This document shows, in pieces, positions 28,105 to 30,537 of a DNA stretch of 30,537 nt. Every line of letters begins with the position of its first letter. Positions within the stretch are counted from its first letter, which is position 1. The notes below the pieces were generated by a model. It was not told the origin of the DNA. It was given only the letters and a program-made list of their open reading frames with translations, and did no database searches. Source of the stretch: Flavobacteriales bacterium (GTDB lineage Bacteria > Bacteroidota > Bacteroidia > Flavobacteriales_F > PHOS-HE28); assembly GCA_040881405.1 (NCBI GenBank), contig JBBEDG010000167.1:1-30537 (forward strand), in the 5' to 3' direction. Position numbers and translations under genes: made by a program.

Positions 28105-28205
28105 GGCGTGCTGAAGGTAGAGTGTTGGGTGTGGAACGTGCAAGCGACGTTGGAGGAACGGAACAAGGAAGGCAGCCAATACCTTCGTGCTCCATACCAG
28201 GAAGC

Positions 28206-28850
28206 ATGAGCGACACGAAGCACGTCCACCACAGGATCGACTACAACAGGATGACGTTTACGGAGGATGAGGCAGGGGGGGACCCCATTGCACTTTTCGG
28301 TCGATGGATGCAGGCCGCCGAAGAGGATGGCCTACCCGAACCACATGCCATGACCTTGGCCACAGCGGGCAGTCTCACGATCAGTTGCCGCGTGGTGTTG
28401 TTGCGCTCCTTCGACGCGCGTGGCTTCGTCTTCTACACGAACCACAATAGCCGCAAGGCCTTGGATCTTGAGCGGGATCCACGCGCAGCGATCAACTTCT
28501 TCTGGCCGCAACAGGAACGACAGATCCGCATCGAAGGTCGCGCCGAGCTTGTTAGCGACGAAGAGTCCGATGCCTACTTCGCATCGCGTCCACGTGCGAG
28601 CCGCATAGGTGCGTGGAGCAGCGATCAAAGCCGCCCCGTGCAGGACCGTGAACAATTGGAACAGCGCTTCACACGTTGGACCGAACGCTTCCCTAACGAT
28701 GAAGTACCGCGCCCGTTGCACTGGGGAGGATACCGCATCCGTCCTGTGCGCATCGAGTTCTGGCAGGGCAGGCCGAGTCGCTTGCACGATCGTTTGGCAT
28801 TTGAGCAGATGTCCGACGGGCAGTGGTTGCGCACGCGCTTGCAACCGTGA
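28206..28850 (+). CDS. pdxH: Pyridoxamine 5'-phosphate oxidase
   Basis: Motifs EPHAMTLAT, RVVLLR, FVFYTNHNSRKA, RQIRIEG, YFASRPRASRIGAWSSDQS, WGGYRIRP and EFWQGRPSRLHDR. Start is ATG 28206, with a near-consensus -7 element TACCTTCG at 28180-28187. Confidence 0.96.
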   Translation: MSDTKHVHHRIDYNRMTFTEDEAGGDPIALFGRWMQAAEEDGLPEPHAMTLATAGSLTISCRVVLLRSFDARGFVFYTNHNSRKALDLERDPRAAINFFWPQQERQIRIEGRAELVSDEESDAYFASRPRASRIGAWSSDQSRPVQDREQLEQRFTRWTERFPNDEVPRPLHWGGYRIRPVRIEFWQGRPSRLHDRLAFEQMSDGQWLRTRLQP

Positions 28851-28871
28851 TAGCCTGATCTTACACCACGA

Positions 28872-28910
28872 GAAAGCCCCCTGTCCATCGGCAGGGGGCT
28901 TTCGATTTTT
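28872..28910 (+). terminator. Rho-independent terminator after pdxH
   Basis: Perfect 12-bp stem GAAAGCCCCCTG / CAGGGGGCTTTC with an 8-nt loop, followed by GATTTTT. Confidence 0.8.
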
Positions 28911-28981
28911 GCAGTGTTACGATACCGCTTGTGCTGGTGAACTCCAGCTGTGCGGTGCACAATGGAAGTGCCTGAACGCAG

Positions 28982-29008
28982 AAGACCCCCGGGTTCGCCG
29001 GGGGTCTT
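28982..29008 (-). terminator. Terminator-like hairpin after the THX-like gene
   Basis: Perfect 11-bp stem AAGACCCCCGG / CCGGGGGTCTT with a 5-nt loop, 21 nt past the stop at 29030. The U-tract on the minus strand is weak. Confidence 0.7.
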
Positions 29009-29029
29009 TGCTTCTGTGAACAGTTACGG

Positions 29030-29296
29030 TCACTTCTTGGCAGCGGCCTTCTTCGGAGCAGCCTTCTTTGCAGCGGCTTTCTTCGCAGGAGCAGCCTTCT
29101 TCGCAGCGGCCTTAGCAGGAGCAGCCTTCTTGGCAGCAGCCTTCTTAGGAGCAGCTTTCTTGGCAGCGGCCTTCTTAGGAGCAGCTTTCTTAGCGGTAGC
29201 CTTTTTTGCAGCGGCTACACGCTTGGCAGGACGACTCTTTCCGGTGCTACCGGCAGTACGCTTGCCTTTCTTCGTCTTCATGTCACCTTTTCCCAT
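29030..29296 (-). CDS. 30S ribosomal protein THX (bS31)-like core with a histone-H1-like (AAAKK/AAPKK)n C-terminal tail
   Basis: 88 aa from ATG 29296. The first 27 aa, MGKGDMKTKKGKRTAGSTGKSRPAKRV, follow the THX pattern GKGDxxTxxGKxxxG[ST]xGKxRP. The remaining 61 aa are 12 AAxKK-type units. It has its own exact -7 element and a downstream hairpin. Confidence 0.8.
   Translation of the reverse strand: MGKGDMKTKKGKRTAGSTGKSRPAKRVAAAKKATAKKAAPKKAAAKKAAPKKAAAKKAAPAKAAAKKAAPAKKAAAKKAAPKKAAAKK
29033..29215 (-). repeat. Coding tandem repeat with a 15-nt unit (AAAKK/AAPKK) and a 30-nt higher-order unit
   Basis: 12 units. 29132-29161 and 29162-29191 are 29/30 identical. Confidence 0.9.
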
Positions 29297-29320
29297 TGTC
29301 TGGAGTGTTAAGGGTTTGGT

Positions 29321-29328
29321 CAAAAGTA
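29321..29328 (-). promoter_or_regulatory. -7 promoter element (TACTTTTG) for the THX-like gene
   Basis: Plus strand CAAAAGTA is an exact TAnnTTTG on the minus strand, 24 nt upstream of ATG 29296. Confidence 0.7.
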
Positions 29329-29485
29329 TCTGCAAGCTGTAACGCGCACCTCATCGGCAAGGTTGCTTTTGTCAACCTCTTTGTGTTAAGAACGATGATG
29401 GTCATCGACAAGTGTAGGACATCGTTCGAACGTGTTCGTTTCGCATCATCAACACTGGTGCGGTGTTGAACGCAATTGCATGCTG

Positions 29486-30172
29486 TCACATCGCATCATC
29501 GGAACGATCCGCATTGCGCAAACGTGCCTCGATAAGTTCTGCACTTTGCAGCACCGTGCGAACCCATTGCAAGCGAAGTGCGAGTGACGCGGACTCATCC
29601 AAGCGCCAATCGATCGTGCTATTCCGCAAGCGTTCCATCACAGTGAACAGTGTGATGGCTGCGGACACGGAGATGTTATAGCTCTCGGTGAAACCGTACA
29701 TCGGTATGCGCAAATGTGCATCCGCTTCGTTGATCAAGGTGTCGCTGAGCCCGGTGAGTTCGGTTCCGAAACAGAAGGCCATGGGTTGCTGCAGGTCGAT
29801 GTCATGCGGTGTGTTCGCATCACCGCGCGGTGATGTTGCTATGATCCGGTAGCCCTTCGCACGCAGTGCATCCATGCACGCACGTGTGTTGTCCTCATGT
29901 GTGCGGTATGGAATGATATCCACCCATTGCGATGAGCCCAGAGCCACCTGCTGGTCGACCTTGTAACTGTTGCGGTTCTCGATCACGTGCACATCCTGCA
30001 CACCCACAAGATCACAAGTGCGCAAAACAGCACTGGCGTTCTGCGATTGATAGATGTCCTCCAATACCACCGTTACGTGACGCGTGCGCAAGGGTGCTAT
30101 TCGATCGAAGAGCGATCGCTTGTTCTCCGAGATGAATGCGGAGAGCTGTTCATAGAGTTCGATGTCGGTCAT
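29486..30172 (-). CDS. trmH: TrmH/SpoU family RNA methyltransferase (tRNA Gm18-like)
   Basis: Motifs VTVVLEDIYQSQNASAVLRTCDLVGVQDVHVIE, FCFGTELTGLS, and IPMYGFTESYNISVSAAI (SPOUT motifs 1-3). Confidence 0.88.
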   Translation of the reverse strand: MTDIELYEQLSAFISENKRSLFDRIAPLRTRHVTVVLEDIYQSQNASAVLRTCDLVGVQDVHVIENRNSYKVDQQVALGSSQWVDIIPYRTHEDNTRACMDALRAKGYRIIATSPRGDANTPHDIDLQQPMAFCFGTELTGLSDTLINEADAHLRIPMYGFTESYNISVSAAITLFTVMERLRNSTIDWRLDESASLALRLQWVRTVLQSAELIEARLRNADRSDDAM

Positions 30173-30254
30173 TGTAGTATGTGGATGGAATGCTGCTCAG
30201 GTGCTTCAAGATCGCATCCTTGGTGGTATGGTGCAGCACGGTTGGGTGTGAATG

Positions 30255-30284
30255 AAAAAGTCCCCCGCTTGGCGGAGGACTTTT
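30255..30284 (-). terminator. Rho-independent terminator after HU
   Basis: Minus strand reads AAAAGTCCTCCGC-CAA-GCGGGGGACTTTTT. The single imperfect pair is a U.G wobble only on the minus strand, which fits the HU transcript. Confidence 0.8.
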
Positions 30285-30304
30285 CCCATCGATCACAGCG
30301 GATC

Positions 30305-30537
30305 TTACTTCACCTTCGACTGCAGGTCTGCTCCAGCCTTGAACTTCACCACCTTCTTGGCAGCGATCTTGATCTCTTTGCCGGTCTGTGGGTTGCGGCC
30401 TTTGCGGGCAGCGCGCTTGGTGATGGAGAAGGTGCCGAAGCCAACAAGGGCTACGCGCTCACCTTTCTTCAGCGCCTTGGTGGTACTGGTCACGAAAGCA
30501 TCCAATGCACGCTTGGCATCGGCCTTCGAAATCTTTG
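30305..30537 (-). CDS. hup: HU family DNA-binding protein, 5' end beyond the window edge
   Basis: [63 protein letters not shown] is the HU/IHF signature. Confidence 0.96.
   Translation of the reverse strand, partial: KISKADAKRALDAFVTSTTKALKKGERVALVGFGTFSITKRAARKGRNPQTGKEIKIAAKKVVKFKAGADLQSKVK

Noticed and set aside
28053-28205. Overlapping N-terminal extensions of pdxH (28053) and yqgE (28179)
   Set aside because: Non-homologous sequence. Back-to-back promoter-like elements support starts at 28206 and 28104.
29033-29215. Periodic repeats as a CRISPR array or non-coding VNTR
   Set aside because: There are no unique spacers, the units are codon multiples, and they lie in frame within a gene.

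Overview
A gene-dense, GC-rich stretch of core chromosome from a Bacteroidota bacterium, probably Flavobacteriales-like. The evidence is seven exact TAnnTTTG -7 promoter elements, two proteins with T9SS C-terminal sorting domains, and Bacteroidota-type ParE/ParC, TamB and START-like proteins. Gene order: parE (partial), two coupled unknown envelope genes, parC; FG-GAP/T9SS surface protein; universal stress protein; choice-of-anchor B T9SS protein; TPR protein; tsaD divergent from tamB; ribBA; two GT4 glycosyltransferases; lptF/G; a histone-H1-like/START-like fusion; tRNA-Met(CAT); NTF2-like lipoprotein; rhomboid; gmhB-like phosphatase; class IV aminotransferase; yqgE/algH; pdxH; a THX(bS31)-like ribosomal protein with an AAKK-repeat tail; trmH; HU (partial). 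I found no mobile element, CRISPR array or rRNA, and no clear multi-gene novel system. The most unusual signals are two small conserved proteins carrying long histone-H1-like polycationic tails (THX-like and START-like), a DinB-like beta-clamp-binding motif at the ParC C-terminus, two envelope genes translationally coupled between parE and parC, and face-to-face tsaD/tamB promoters. All family calls come from motif recognition by eye; no database search was run.
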